A DNA stretch of 63,075 nt, counting the filler, from Choristocarpus tenellus KU-1152 (lineage: Eukaryota; Protista; Phaeophyceae), in NCBI GenBank assembly GCA_964200185.2. It is 11 parts of 11 records of this genome, joined end to end, with 100 filler letters (N's around TTAATTAATTAA, not from the genome) between each part and the next. Parts side by side here need not be neighbours in the genome. Positions count along the whole stretch, not along the records: positions 48,948 to 55,798 come from CAXNAD020007218.1; positions 55,899 to 59,026 come from CAXNAD020022121.1; positions 59,127 to 63,075 come from CAXNAD020016993.1; 8 more parts are not named here. One strand, written 5' to 3'. Position numbers and translations under genes: made by a program. Shown here in pieces: positions 51,123 to 63,075 of the stretch; the first letter of the stretch is position 1, and each line of letters starts with the position of its first letter. Below the pieces are notes generated by a model that made no database searches, was not told the origin of the DNA, and saw only the letters and a program-made list of their open reading frames with translations.

Positions 51123-54114
51123 AGTATGTACCAGAAAATATTTATTATTATACCGTCTTCCGTTTTGAATAGGTGTGAGGGAACAAGTTAAACCTGTATT
51201 GCAAGGAACCCTGTAAAGTACCCTCTTCCTGTACATCTGTATCTTATCACCCAAGAAGGTGGACTCAAGGCTGTAGTTTCGCGCACAGCACGTGTACACC
51301 ATTGCGTTAGTAGGACACTATTGGAATGGAAGGTAGATAAGGAGAGAGAGGGTGGAAAGGTATCCATTGTAGTGGTGCTATAGACCGGAAATCGTAGAAT
51401 TGTTGCAGATAGTCGGGTTGAAGGATGTTTGATAGAGTTTCACCAAAAGCCCCGAATTGGGAAGATATTCACCAATGTCGACCCTGCTATTCGGATTCAG
51501 CTCGAAAATGAAGCATTTCCACGTTTCCGTCTCAGCTATAGCTGATCTCGTATGGGAGACGAAGTTGGTGCCGAGATCAAAGCCATGATGGTGAGAAGTT
51601 AATTATACAACAATCACTCTGTGTTGCAATGGTGTTTCTCAATACGGTATTGTTGCCAAGCCAAAGTCAACTGCCAACCTTACAACTCAAACATAGAACA
51701 CGTGATGGACCGCAGAAAGAACTCTCACTCATTTGATTTTCTCATTTTATATACCAAGAATAGTACACCACTCAAACAACCCCCATCAGCTATACCCAGA
51801 AGTTAAATGCAAGATTGGAAATGACTCCGTCGCATATGCAGTCAAATGGCAGAGGCTTTTCCTTTAGGGAGGAATAAAGGAACAACGCAAGAACAAAACT
51901 ACAGCCCCTCTTCCACCTGGTTGCTTCAATCCTCTGATAGGGTACTGGAGGCAGACCATAAGAAATAGGTGGGTTTGCTCTCATATACAAAAGCAAAGTG
52001 TATCGAGTGAGGGGGTGAGGTAGATTGAAACTACAAGATTGGAGATGTGATACAGAGACTATCAGAACAAGGGTGTGCTCTGAGCGTACCTTGGTGTGGG
52101 AGTTACAGTTACAAGTTGACGATGTTGATTCTTTTGTTCGGCGAATTGGAATTGTGGCTAAATCTCTTTGATGAGTGATGCGATGCGGCGACTATCCATC
52201 GTATAGGTGTGTCTTGAACGTACCATGTTGTGGAAGTTAGTGTAATGAATGAAGAGGTCATAGGTTCTCTACTTTCAATACATGTCACATCACTCCTCTG
52301 GTCGTATTGTGGACTCAGATCATAACAATAGTGGGGTAGCCTCCCTTGCCGTGGAAGCAATGTGTACGGAATGAGGATGTGAGGTAGGATACAATTCCGT
52401 GAAGGTTGAAGTTAAAAGATTGATGTATTGGTTTCGGATCGCATGTGGATGTTGAGTTTTGCATAGGCAAATAAGCATATACCTCCACCATGTAGTACCA
52501 GTATTATGGAGTAATGGATTGGGCACACATATGAATTGTATGATTCTGTGAAGGCGTCGTTCACTTAGGCAAGGGTGGTGAAGAGAACCATTGGGCAAGA
52601 CGAACCAAACGAACCAAGATAAACCGTAACCGAGAGGACGAGGTTAAGGTTGGACAAGTGTAAGACTGCAAGGACCTGCAGAAAATCGTCGAGTGATAAG
52701 AATCTTATGAGAGGGGGATCATCACGAAAGTAAAGACGTGACAACAAAGAGAATATTTGGTGTGTGACATCTCTGATTGGAGAGATGTCCGCTACTTGTG
52801 GGATAGGTTTTTTGGAGAGATTCCACTCCTCAATTCTTGATAAGATCCTCCACTGGAATGGGGGATTCCTGACAAGGAACCTCAATTGGTATAACAGTAT
52901 ATATGGTGTACACCAATAACGGCATAGTAACAGAAAAACCTTCTTTCCACGCACTGGGTTGAATATTTGGAAAGGAGGTTGATGTTGTGGTTAGACACTT
53001 CGAGTGAAAATACACTGCATTGCCGAAGTTGTTCTGCGGTGTTGATCTGCGTATGGTATTGATGACGCAGGGTTGTTGAACTTTATTATCTTCAGATGTT
53101 CGATGAAGAATGTAGAGGTTTATTACAGTAGATGAGAAACGACACTCCAGACGTCCAATATTCAACACATATATCATTAGTTCACCTGATGTGCGAGTAG
53201 GGTAGACCTTGGTTTTAAGTTCAGGTGGTACCGAGAGTAAGGAGGATACTAACGCCAAGCGAATGCACTCTCTTAACTACCAAAGCAACTATTTGCATTG
53301 GACACTAGACCCCAAATCAACGATCCTACTACCATTGATCATCTTTCTAGCTTGTACTACGCGAACTGATGTGTGCATAATCTTTCCATAATTATATGTG
53401 ATATGTGAGCATTATATATATATGAAACACCAACCTACATAGACAATTATTTGTCAAGGTCCTTTGACCAATGAAACAAAATTATGCCCATTCCTTAATA
53501 ATTCCCCTACCTCCTCTTGTTGTGATGATGCATTTTGGCGTCAAATCGTAAATCCTCTGACCTCTACCAATGAGGATTGTGGCTGTCGAAAGGCTGTCCC
53601 ACCCAACCTTCAAGGGAAAGACTGGATGGAGGTCCTTGGTAGGACAGAGGGGTGCGTACACACGTACATGCCACTCTCAAGCTTTCAAAGACATGTGCTA
53701 TTTATTGATCTGTAAGGGGTCTCATGGAGTGTATTTGGTCTCTATTCTGCTATGTATCAGATGTGTTTTCTGCAGCTTTTTCATCCACAGCCAACTCTGC
53801 TCTCTCTCTCCTCACGTCAATAGTGAGATCATCACTAAGTTATTGTTGCCTCTAAGGCCTTAGATATGGGCTGAGAAGGTTTTGACACCGGAGGATGGTT
53901 CTGCAGTCTGTTTCTGTATGAACAGTGGGCAAAGATTTGTAAGAGTTCAACAGCCTTCGCACACACAAGCCAAATACCCAAGGCCAACCTTTTGTGATAT
54001 TCTAAGCGGGCCTAGACTCAGAAAGGGCAAGGGCCCCCTCCCATCTTCATTCCTTTTCATTGATACACACCACAAATATTTTCTACTGTCAGGTGACTGC
54101 CAGCATCTCACCAA

Positions 54115-54373
54115 GAGTGATTTATCTCAGAGGGTACGCATTTTACCCTGTTTGTCTGTTTGGGGCTTGGCTTCCCACAGATTTTTTTAATGACATTTTC
54201 CTACTCCAAAAAGTTTTGGAGTAGGAAGATGTGTACGTTAATGAAAAAAAATGTGCAAAATAAGGATATTGACACTTCCTAACAAACATGATAGCCAAAA
54301 TTACATCAAAATCGCAACATTGGATTTTGGCCCCCAAATGGACACGGCTCTTCCCTCTAAGATAATTTGACTC
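54115..54373. mobile_element. MITE family A, full copy
   Basis: GAGTGATTTATCTCAGAGGG ... CCCTCTAAGATAATTTGACTC; caa/caa TSD; perfect internal hairpin TTCCTACTCCAAAA-AG-TTTTGGAGTAGGAA. Confidence 0.92.
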
Positions 54374-54523
54374 CAAATTTTGTATGGATTTAACTCTATT
54401 ATTAGAATTTCTTCACTGATTCCACGTTGGGGGTAATTTTTTCTAGTTTTAGACAAAAAATAATCCATAGCAATCGTTAATTTTAAAAAGTTTTTTCAAA
54501 AAAACTCCCTTTTCGTTCAGAGA

Positions 54524-54859
54524 CTATTTAAGTTTGGAAGGTGGTGTACAAAAATTATCCTTTTGAAATTGCAAATGATCTTCAGATGGATCTATTGAAA
54601 AAACCTTATACCCTAGAAGAGCGAGTTGCTTTGAACATGCACCCCAACCACTTCCTATATCAATAACAACAGTTTTTTTGTGGGCGGGATGCATGTACAG
54701 TACAAGCGGCATGGTCTCAAGAAGGCGCTTTTTGTGATATCATGGGATTGTGGTGCCTTGCTCACTTTGGAAAGAGATAGTCAACATTATTGAGACGAGT
54801 CTCTTCCACATTTCAAGAAGTTGCTTTGTCCATTTTAATCTGTATCCTTCTCCATCATG
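54524..54859 (-). pseudogene. Class I SAM-dependent methyltransferase fragment (FkbM-like), intronless, disrupted
   Basis: VVIDIGSGWGACSKQLALLGYKVFSIDPS (motif I and post-I); the same frame extends upstream through one TGA and downstream through scattered stops. Confidence 0.6.
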
Positions 54860-55695
54860 TTGTTGTTTATTTTTGGATCACATAACCTGTCATTGTTACA
54901 AGCAACAATAGCATTTCCCTTCCCATCTCCCCCCACAGTGCTGCTTTTGCTAGTGAGTTCGACCGCAATGCTGATACGTTTGAGCAATGGAATAATTTCT
55001 GTATGAAGTACCAGCGACAATGCATGACCAGCACGCACACACAAGGCGAAAGGGGAGGTGGCGAATCTGTTGGTGCACATTTCAAACAAAGGATCGGCCG
55101 AGAAGGTTGACATAGGTGCTATTTTGTATTGTGAGATGAACATATGTTGTGGTTGAGAGTGAGGGGGGGATACATTTGATGTGACTATTGCAGTATGGTG
55201 GAAGGAGTGTCGTAGCTTTACTGAGGAATGGAGGTGCATGAAGGGTGTATGACAAGCATTGAGATATTGTCCACGAAACACCCTGAAAGCAAAATGGCCA
55301 ACTCAAAATAGCCTGCATATGTGTTGTTCATTCTATGTCATGCCCACTTTTTGTGTTCCCTGGGTTGATGCAATGGACGGTGACATTTAATGACGTTTAT
55401 AACAAAGGTGTTGAGAAGCATGGAAAGACGTTTTCACTGGAAACTTGGACACTACAGATATTATTCGATGCATGCATATTTCTAACTGTATCTGCTTGCT
55501 TGCCATGTATGTTGTTTGTGGAACATAGATCGGTGATATACCGTATTTGTGTGGGGATGTACTGTCTTTGAAACTATATGCCAAGGACAGCTTCTTCTTA
55601 TCGTATGAAACAGAAGGGTTGTGTCTACATCGCCAAGGCCAAACAAGGGGGTGCCAGACATACAGAGTGCCTGCACACACTCTGTATGCCTAGAT

Positions 55696-55798
55696 GACTC
55701 AAAGAATCTGTGGGGGGGGGGGGGGGGGGCTCCCACCGGGGTTCCTTTTGGGCCCAAAAAGGGAAAAGGAGCAACAACATATACATCCCGGTAGTACA
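55696..55798. mobile_element. MITE family B, partial copy at contig end
   Basis: GACTCAAAGAATCTG, then poly-G and a degraded B interior. Confidence 0.65.
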
Positions 55799-55917
55799 NN
55801 NNNNNNNNNNNNNNNNNNNNNNNNNNNNNNNNNNNNNNNNNNTTAATTAATTAANNNNNNNNNNNNNNNNNNNNNNNNNNNNNNNNNNNNNNNNNNNNCC
55901 CCGCCCAATGTCCTCAC

Positions 55918-58917
55918 TTCATCTCCACAGAGGTCTCCTCCAAGCTGTCAAAGGAAAAAGGGATAGATGGATGGTTGGATGGATGGACGGACATGGTAAC
56001 AACATAATAATAGAAAATAAAAACATACAGTAGTGCAGTAGTATAATAATAATATCCATATTTTATATTTTTTTATTTTTTTTATCAGCAGTAGGAGTGT
56101 ACATTGGTATGAAAAATACTACACCAAGACTAAATACTAGCAAGAACGATAGCAACCCCACTTACGATAAATATCCTTATATATATCTGATAAATATCCT
56201 TACATATCCTTTAAGAATTCTCAGTAACTCTAACCAGTTGAAAACACCTTAACAAAAAAGAAATACCATATGATAAAAAAACCCATTGTGAGAGTACACA
56301 CCAATCCATCCCTCACAACTAAACACAACAATCCATCCCTCACAAATAAACACAACAATCCATCCCTCACAAATAAACACACCAATCCATCATCATCCCC
56401 ACACACCACCATGCACACATCCCACACAAAACCAAAAACATCCTGTCTCTCTCTCCCCCCCACTTCCCCAGATAATCAAAATTCATTGCTCCCGTATATC
56501 CCTAACCCTAACCCTAACCCTTTGTTCAAACAAACCTGGATAATGGAGTTCTCTATGAATGAGTTGTCAAGTGTGTCCGTCAGGTGATGGGTAGCTCCAC
56601 CATCCAGAGAGACCATCCCAAGGCAGTTACATGCCTTGAACTGGGCAACTTTACACCCCTTACCTCGGCAAACCTATTATTATTATTATTATTAATATTG
56701 TTATTATTATCATATTATTGTTGTTATTGTCATTATATTGTTATCATCATCATATGTTAATTTTTCATAACAATTGCTCAAGACTAGGGTTAGGGTTAGG
56801 GTTAGGGATGCACCATTGACATCAACAACAAAGCAGTAGCAGTCAAAAAAGCATCCTGATAATATAGGGTTAGGTTAGGGTCATGCCATTGTTATCAATA
56901 GTATGAAAATCATGCCATGATATGATAACATCTACTATGAAATGTTTAGATCTACCATGACATGTTAATATCTACTATTGTATGCATATATCTACCATAG
57001 TATGTTAATATCTCCGTATCATCCACAAATATGTTAGTACCTTGAACCAGGGTCAAGAGTTTGTTGACATTTCCACAAATTCAGACAACGCAGCAAGCCC
57101 TAACCCTATCTTACATCCCGTACCAGTCTATAGACAAAACGTATCTGATAATAGATTAAATTTGTTACACATCGCAGTACCCTTGAAAGTTCAAATTAAA
57201 GAAACATACTGATAACACATGTGATAACACATGTGATAATAGATTAAATTTGTTACACATCGCAGTACCCTTGAAAGTTCAAATTAAAGAAACATACTGA
57301 TAACATACTGATAACACATGTGATAATAGATTAAATTTGTTACACATCGCAGTACCCTTGAAAGTTCAAATTAAAAAAACATACTGATAACATACTGATA
57401 ACACATGTGATAATAGATTAAATTTGTTACACATCGCAGTACCCTTCAAAGTTCAAATTAAAAAAACATACATGCTCCAGGGTTTGAAACACATGTAATA
57501 CTGATAACATACTGACAACATACTGACAACATATTGACAACATACTACAGTGTCATGTAACGACTCACAACACTGAAAAGTTCAATAATCTATAACATAC
57601 ATGTTATGTCCATATTATGCATGTGTCACAAAAGAAAATGCCTGGCCAAGGCGTGAAAATTAGAGTGAAAGTATCTTTTACTTAGAGTGAAAATATCTTT
57701 TACTTACAGTGTACGAATTTCTCTTCTTATGTTCTTATGGAGCAAGGATATTGGCACTTACTCTCAAGCACGATAGCCAAAAATTAAATGAAAATCTCAA
57801 CATTGGGTTTTGACCCCCAAATGGACACGGCCCTACCCTCTAAGATACTTTGGCTCCTTATATGACACACGTCAGACGCTATCACTATACCACACACCAC
57901 ACCTAGTGCTCAGATTAGGGCAATCATAAAATAAGGCTCTAAGTTTCTAAGTTGTCCAGCACATTTTAAACTAGTATTGTCTTGCCTTACATCCTATTAA
58001 TGCCAACAGACCCCACATAGTCACACTCAAAATCACACTGTACCCTCAGATGACACCATACCCTAAAATGGCATCATCACGATACACCAGGCAGAGAAAT
58101 TTTATTTTTCTTAAATAAAAAAAATGCAACAGAGAAGATACCATCATATATATATATATACATATACCTTGTAAGGTCCTCATCAACAACCTCCTTGAAC
58201 TGAGTAAAAACAGTATCCAGTCCCAAGTAAACCAGGCCTGACAAAAGCAGCAGTCTAAGGCCCATCACAGTCAGACTATCTCACCAACTGGGGAGGTGTA
58301 GTGTCAACACATCCTATTCCGTCAACCATTCCATCTCCAGTATACCCTTGTGCACAAGTGCACTCGTATGACCCAGGGGTGTTCCGACACTTGGCCAGGC
58401 GTGGCGTGCACTTGTGACGGAACTTTGAGAAATTGAAAGAATGCAGGGGAGGGGGGGAGGGGGGGGGGGAAAGAAGAATTGTGACACTCAACAACTACTT
58501 TGGTCATGACCATCACGACATCACACAGGGGCCTCCCTGGTTGATAGTACAAAGGTCAGTGTGGGCAAGAGGATAAAAGGGTGCTGTGCTGGGAGCACAA
58601 GGGGTGTACCTGGATGTGAAGCTCTGGGCACTACAGGGCAATAAGCGGCTCAAAAAGTCCACTGACTTAGGTCCACAACACAAAGAGCTGTACAAACAGT
58701 GAAAGGCCAATTACCCCCCTTCACTCACCCCATACCTGAATTACAACCCTAACCCTAACCCTAACCCTAACCTCTTCGTGTAGACCTTTGTAAGAGCACT
58801 CGTCTACATCCTCGACAAACACCTCCCTCCTCTTGGTAATGCTTTTGATGTGCTTCAAAAGGGGTGTCTCAATGCTGTAGTCCACATAGTATGAACCAGG
58901 AGTCCGGAAATACGACC
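55918..58917 (-). CDS. Extracellular protein with an Ig-like (DUF5011/HYR-like) segment and a calcium-binding EGF domain; internal exons
   Basis: Exons 58917-58772, 58422-58285, 56673-56536 and 55944-55918 join in phase 0: PGSYYVDYS...RREVFVEDVDEC...C.....KCRNTPGSYECTCAQGYTGDG...GCVDTTPPQL|VCRGKGC. Confidence 0.85.
56299..56391. repeat. 27-bp tandem repeat, about 3.4 copies (intronic)
   Basis: ca(c/a)caatccatccctcacaa(c/a)taaaca repeated. Confidence 0.9.
57146..57470. repeat. 87-88-bp tandem repeat, about 3.7 copies (intronic)
   Basis: Units start at 57146, 57234, 57321 and 57408; each contains a nested 11-12-bp tgataaca subrepeat. Confidence 0.95.
57663..57856. mobile_element. MITE family A, internally deleted, with duplicated left end
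   Basis: GAGTGAAA(G/A)TATCTT occurs twice (57663, 57685); right TIR CCCTCTAAGATACTTTGGCTC. Confidence 0.8.
58745..58771 (-). repeat. Interstitial telomere-like (TTAGGG)4 tract beginning at a splice donor
   Basis: Minus strand reads GAG|GTTAGGGTTAGGGTTAGGGTTAGGGTT; similar tracts near 35202, 35308, 42572, 56500 and 56786. Confidence 0.85.
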
Positions 58918-61910
58918 CTGTTGGGAGGGCATCGTGGGATGGGATGGGATTGGGGGGGGGAGGGAGGGGTATACCGTGACAGTGAGAGTGACAGTGACAA
59001 AAGAGTTGGAAGACAATTTTTCCCATNNNNNNNNNNNNNNNNNNNNNNNNNNNNNNNNNNNNNNNNNNNNTTAATTAATTAANNNNNNNNNNNNNNNNNN
59101 NNNNNNNNNNNNNNNNNNNNNNNNNNAAGGTCTGTGTGTGGTGTGTGGGACACTAAACAAGTGAGGGTGTGAGAGTGACCATCTACCACTTGTTTCATGA
59201 ACGGAATCCGATATTTGTCATCCTTGCGGAACTTCATTCTTTCCCTTACACAATGGATCCTTGTCGATTGATATTTGACTGACAATAACCGTTGCTGTGA
59301 TTGGATTGGACAATAGATTTTGAACTTCGCCACCACCTCCAATACAACGGAATCAACCCGTTCCAACAAAGGATTGTTATTTAATATGATATTTATTTGT
59401 TCGATTACTACTCTGATAAAGCCGAGGTCCCTGTTTCGAGACCCCAGGTGAGTGCGCCTGTCGAAATATCAAGCCTTAAATCTTGTACTCAAGGGGGTAA
59501 TCACAATTACCAGACTGCACTCTTCCACCACAGAGGGGGAAACCGAGTTTCACAGGTCTTGGCTCAGCATCCCAAAATCGGTTGAAGTTTAGAACAGTAC
59601 CAAAAACTTAGAGGACAACAGGTGTACACAGAATGAGTGAGCAACGTCACAGAAGGAAGACGGATTACTCAGAATCAGAATCGATCTTCGTTTGGACGAT
59701 CCTTCAAACTGTTTGGCAAAATATTCTCGACCTTATGAGTATGTCCGTTCTTGTGTATTGGTCGATATCGGTAAGTTCAATGACATCGTAGCGTAAATGT
59801 GTATGTATATGCTCTCTATATCCACAAGATGTGTGTCTTCCAGATCCCAAAATGGAGACCTCTGCGTCACACTATTACTACTGAATATACAACTAACTGC
59901 CTTGAATATGGAGTCAGAGTAAAGAGAGGTAGGTAGGTTTCGGTTGATTTTTCATTGCAATTCTGTTTTTCAATATGTTCGAATTCACACTTATTTCTAT
60001 GGATGTTCTAAGTTTTACTTGACAGTGTATATTTCTCCATTGTTTGGAACTGTTCTGAATACTTCAGAAGAGGTTCTATACACATGTGTTTAAAAAGCCG
60101 AAATTTGCATATGTTTGTTAAAATACTCAAAATGAAACATTGCATACCTCTGGTTTTCTTCAAGTCTAAATCCTATGAGACAAATTGATTCCTAATTTCT
60201 GGATAGACTTTGAGACTGTAACAATAGCGTAGTATCAAAATATTTTTTCACACCACAACAAACCAAAATATAAAATATGTTCAAAGAGGAAATGGAATGT
60301 GGTCTTAGACTCTGAAGAATTACGAGGAATAAATACACCACCAATGAAATTGACTTCGTAAGAGGTGTATTATACAAATTTGATTCACGGTTTAGACTTA
60401 GACGCCCTTCCTTCTTGCCATTGCTTCTACCCAATCCACACGTGGGGTAGACGAGTATCCCTAAGACATGTTCGACTTGCTTTCCTCCAAATAACCTCGA
60501 CAACTGACGCTCAGGTCTTAGATCTTATCATCTGATCCTCAGTCATCATACACCACACAACTTTCTCCTATTTCCTTTCCCCTTCTCCTCCTACAGCACT
60601 ATGGGCACCCCTTCGCCCCAAGTACAAACCCCACAGGTTTTACCCAGGCACACACTCCGTTGTTTCTGTTCTCCTGGGGCTGCTGGAGTACTGTGACTAC
60701 TAACATGTGGAGCTACCCCTGCTTGTATACTCCACTGTAAAGCAGCCCCCCCATGTTGCCCACTCCGTCATCACACCCTGCTGTACCCTAGCCTGGTCAT
60801 ATATAGACTGTAATAGCCTGTTATTGTTATTGTCAAGCAATACACAGAAGTACTGAACAAGAGGATTGTCACTCAAATGTACCGTCGCAAGTGATTCATC
60901 TGATCATGTGCAATTCTCGAGACAAGGTACAAACTCTGGTGACAGTGGAGGAACCAGTCGTAGATAGTGCTGCTGATACACTATAGACACCACTGGTGGA
61001 GTAATAGAGGAAAGGCAGAGTCAGATATACTCTTCCGTATAGCAGGAAAAAGGAAACCCAAGAATGAAAAAGAGAGGCGTAACAGCTCAAAGTCCTGCCA
61101 GTATATCAAATTCTTGGCCAATCATTCCCTCGATAATGTTCAAGTAGCTCATAGACTACACAGGTAGAAGTTAGGGCTATGATTAGGGTTATGAGGGAAA
61201 CAAACATAAATTTAAACGCCATATATCACAATTGGCGACACTGGTGAGATTCAAACTCACTTGTGGGAGCAACGCAGATCTTGCATCATCTCTTTGTGTT
61301 TTGGTACCATTATCCACACACACACACACAGAGACAGACAGACAGACAGATATATCTCTCTCTCTATATATATATATATATGAGTTTTTGTTGAACAAAA
61401 ATGAGAATGTTAAATGTCGACAATGTTCAAGACAAGGATTCTTACAACGAGGTTGCACCTCTGTTTGATCCTTGTGTGATTTCAGAAGCAACGACAAGAT
61501 ATTGAAAACTAATTCCTTTGAAAATAGTGGCTCTACACCAAGCAAAAATACCAATATTTTGTATTCTCAACCCATGTTGAATTACCATACTGATTTATCG
61601 GGAGATTTTCGAACTCTTCACACCCGACGCAGACAAATGTTGTAAGGAATGATGACCACCTTCCTGCCAAAGTATACCTTCAAATGATCTTTCTGTAGGA
61701 GATTTACATCAAGGTCTGTTTCCCCACATATGACATCAGCATTGCTTCCTGTTCACGTCAATATCGGGTTGTTGAGTGGAGCTTACCAGCCCCCCCTTAT
61801 TCACTTTCCCTCTTCACTCCTCCTTGAGTAACCTTCTGAGGGATTACTCACATTTTTTCTCTACATTCCCTTCCTCCAGTGGGTCTTCATGCCCTCCTTC
61901 AGTCTGAAGA

Positions 61911-62168
61911 GAGTCAAAGTATCTTAGGGGGTAGAGCCGTGTCCGTTTGGGGATCAGAATCCAATCTTGCGATTTTCATGTAATTTTATCCGTCGTATTT
62001 GTTAGGAAGTGTCAATATCCTTGTTCCGGACACACCTTTTCACAACGTATACATTTTTCCTACTCTAAAAAACATTTCGGAGTAGAAAAATGTAATAAAA
62101 ACTGTGGGAAGTCAAGCCCCAAACTGACGAACAGAGCAAAGCTCGTACCCTCTAAGATACTTTCACTC
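61911..62168. mobile_element. MITE family A, full copy (258 bp)
   Basis: GAGTCAAAGTATCTTAGGGGG ... CCCTCTAAGATACTTTCACTC; aaga/aaga 4-bp TSD. Confidence 0.92.
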
Positions 62169-62986
62169 AAGAATCTATCTGCCTCTTTCCACCTGTTTCA
62201 CAATAGGTCTGTATTATCCAAAATTACTTTCTATTTGAAGAATATGCAGATACCGCCCATGGTATGGGTGAGTGAAGTATCCATCATCAGCTTAATTGTT
62301 GCTTTATCCAAGATATATGTCCGGATGTTGTGCGACTTTATCAATATATAACTTATTCATCTCTTTTCGTTGTCTTTACTCCCAGGAGGGTTCAATCGTT
62401 TCCTTTCCAACGGTCTTTCAGTCATTGCCGAGAGTGGAACATCCACTATGCCGTGGTGTTGAATGATGTATATTCAAGCATACATACTGTTTGATGCAGC
62501 AGCTAAACAGCTGTATTCGACCACAGATTCTGCGATCTCAGCAGGAGTCTCCAATGCCATATTCTCTGCTAATCAGAGTAGACGGTCCTTATTTTGCCCA
62601 GGTATCGCTTGGATGGAGTATATAGAATATCTTGCTGTGATTACCTAGTCCGTGCCCATGCCCTTTTCATGTTGAAGATTTGAACAGACATGGTCATATC
62701 CGATACATCAAAATCGTTAGTCTAGATATGTTGTTATCTCACGCCTGATCAAGGAGAAGTGCCATAGGTTTGGTTCCACCAACCCCATCTTGGTTACAAG
62801 TGTAAACTTACTAGGGACCTACATTAAGAAACATGGTCCGCATGTACCATACGATGCAGATACGTACGTGTGTATTCCTATCACGCCTGACTGTATTCCC
62901 TTATTGAGATATTATCGGTACTCTTACTCAGAGTACTGTGTTTCCTTTTCTTTCTCTGCTCATGTCAATTCGTTCTGTTCACCTCC

Positions 62987-63075
62987 GGGTCAAAGTATCT
63001 TGGGGAGGGGGGGGGTGTTTTATGGGTGGCGGCCATTGAAACCGAAAAAACGTTTTTTTTTAAATGAAGTTAAAA
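62987..63075. mobile_element. MITE terminus (B-like) at window end
   Basis: GGGTCAAAGTATCTTGGGG followed by poly-G. Confidence 0.65.

Noticed and set aside
51300-53330. Possible decayed LINE or LTR pol (RQG..TPLLL near 52350; GLKQ near 51930)
   Set aside because: Only isolated 3-5 residue resemblances across frameshifts and no YADD/YVDD motif found; needs BLASTX.
33061-55798. Apparent antiviral island (Mx-like GTPase, adhesin, EsV-1-7 array, methyltransferase in series)
   Set aside because: These lie on different contigs joined by artificial linkers; only the EsV-1-7 array and the methyltransferase relic are physically linked.
58168-58237. Candidate extra exon in the EGF gene
   Set aside because: Its phase is incompatible with the flanking phase-0 exons, which join well without it.
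61500-62830. Possible eroded coding region (KVVIIPYN, Ulp1-protease-like)
   Set aside because: Many stops and no catalytic His-Trp or Gln-Cys motif located; unsupported.

Overview
This is eukaryotic, intron-rich genomic DNA, not a prokaryotic locus. It is also not one locus: ten artificial 100-bp spacers (N44-TTAATTAATTAA-N44) join 11 separate contigs (1-10306, 10407-14164, 14265-25326, 25427-29339, 29440-32960, 33061-41517, 41618-45241, 45342-48847, 48948-55798, 55899-59026, 59127-63075). Adjacency across spacers is therefore meaningless. EsV-1-7 repeats, POMP-repeat surface proteins, a nuclear ccdA and TTAGGG tracts point to a brown alga or close relative (inference). By hand-splicing I recovered complete ccdA (4 exons) and His-rich ureG (6 exons) genes. 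Partial genes encode a TFIIH p62-like PH-domain protein, an SLC35A-type nucleotide-sugar transporter, an ankyrin protein, a mitochondrial 2Fe-2S ferredoxin, a POMP/adhesin-like protein, a Ca-EGF/Ig-like protein, and an Mx/dynamin-like GTPase whose GED is spliced to a C-terminal PDZ domain, probably via a GC-AG intron. Mobile DNA is dense: a full-length dead mariner with Stowaway-type ends, about 22 copies of two MITE families sharing a 14-bp terminus and making 3- or 4-bp TSDs, a foldback-like element, a Gypsy RNase H scrap, and a decayed 8-unit EsV-1-7 array. The best novelty candidates are the Mx-PDZ fusion and the unclassified MITE system. All identifications rest on motif recognition by eye; no searches were run.
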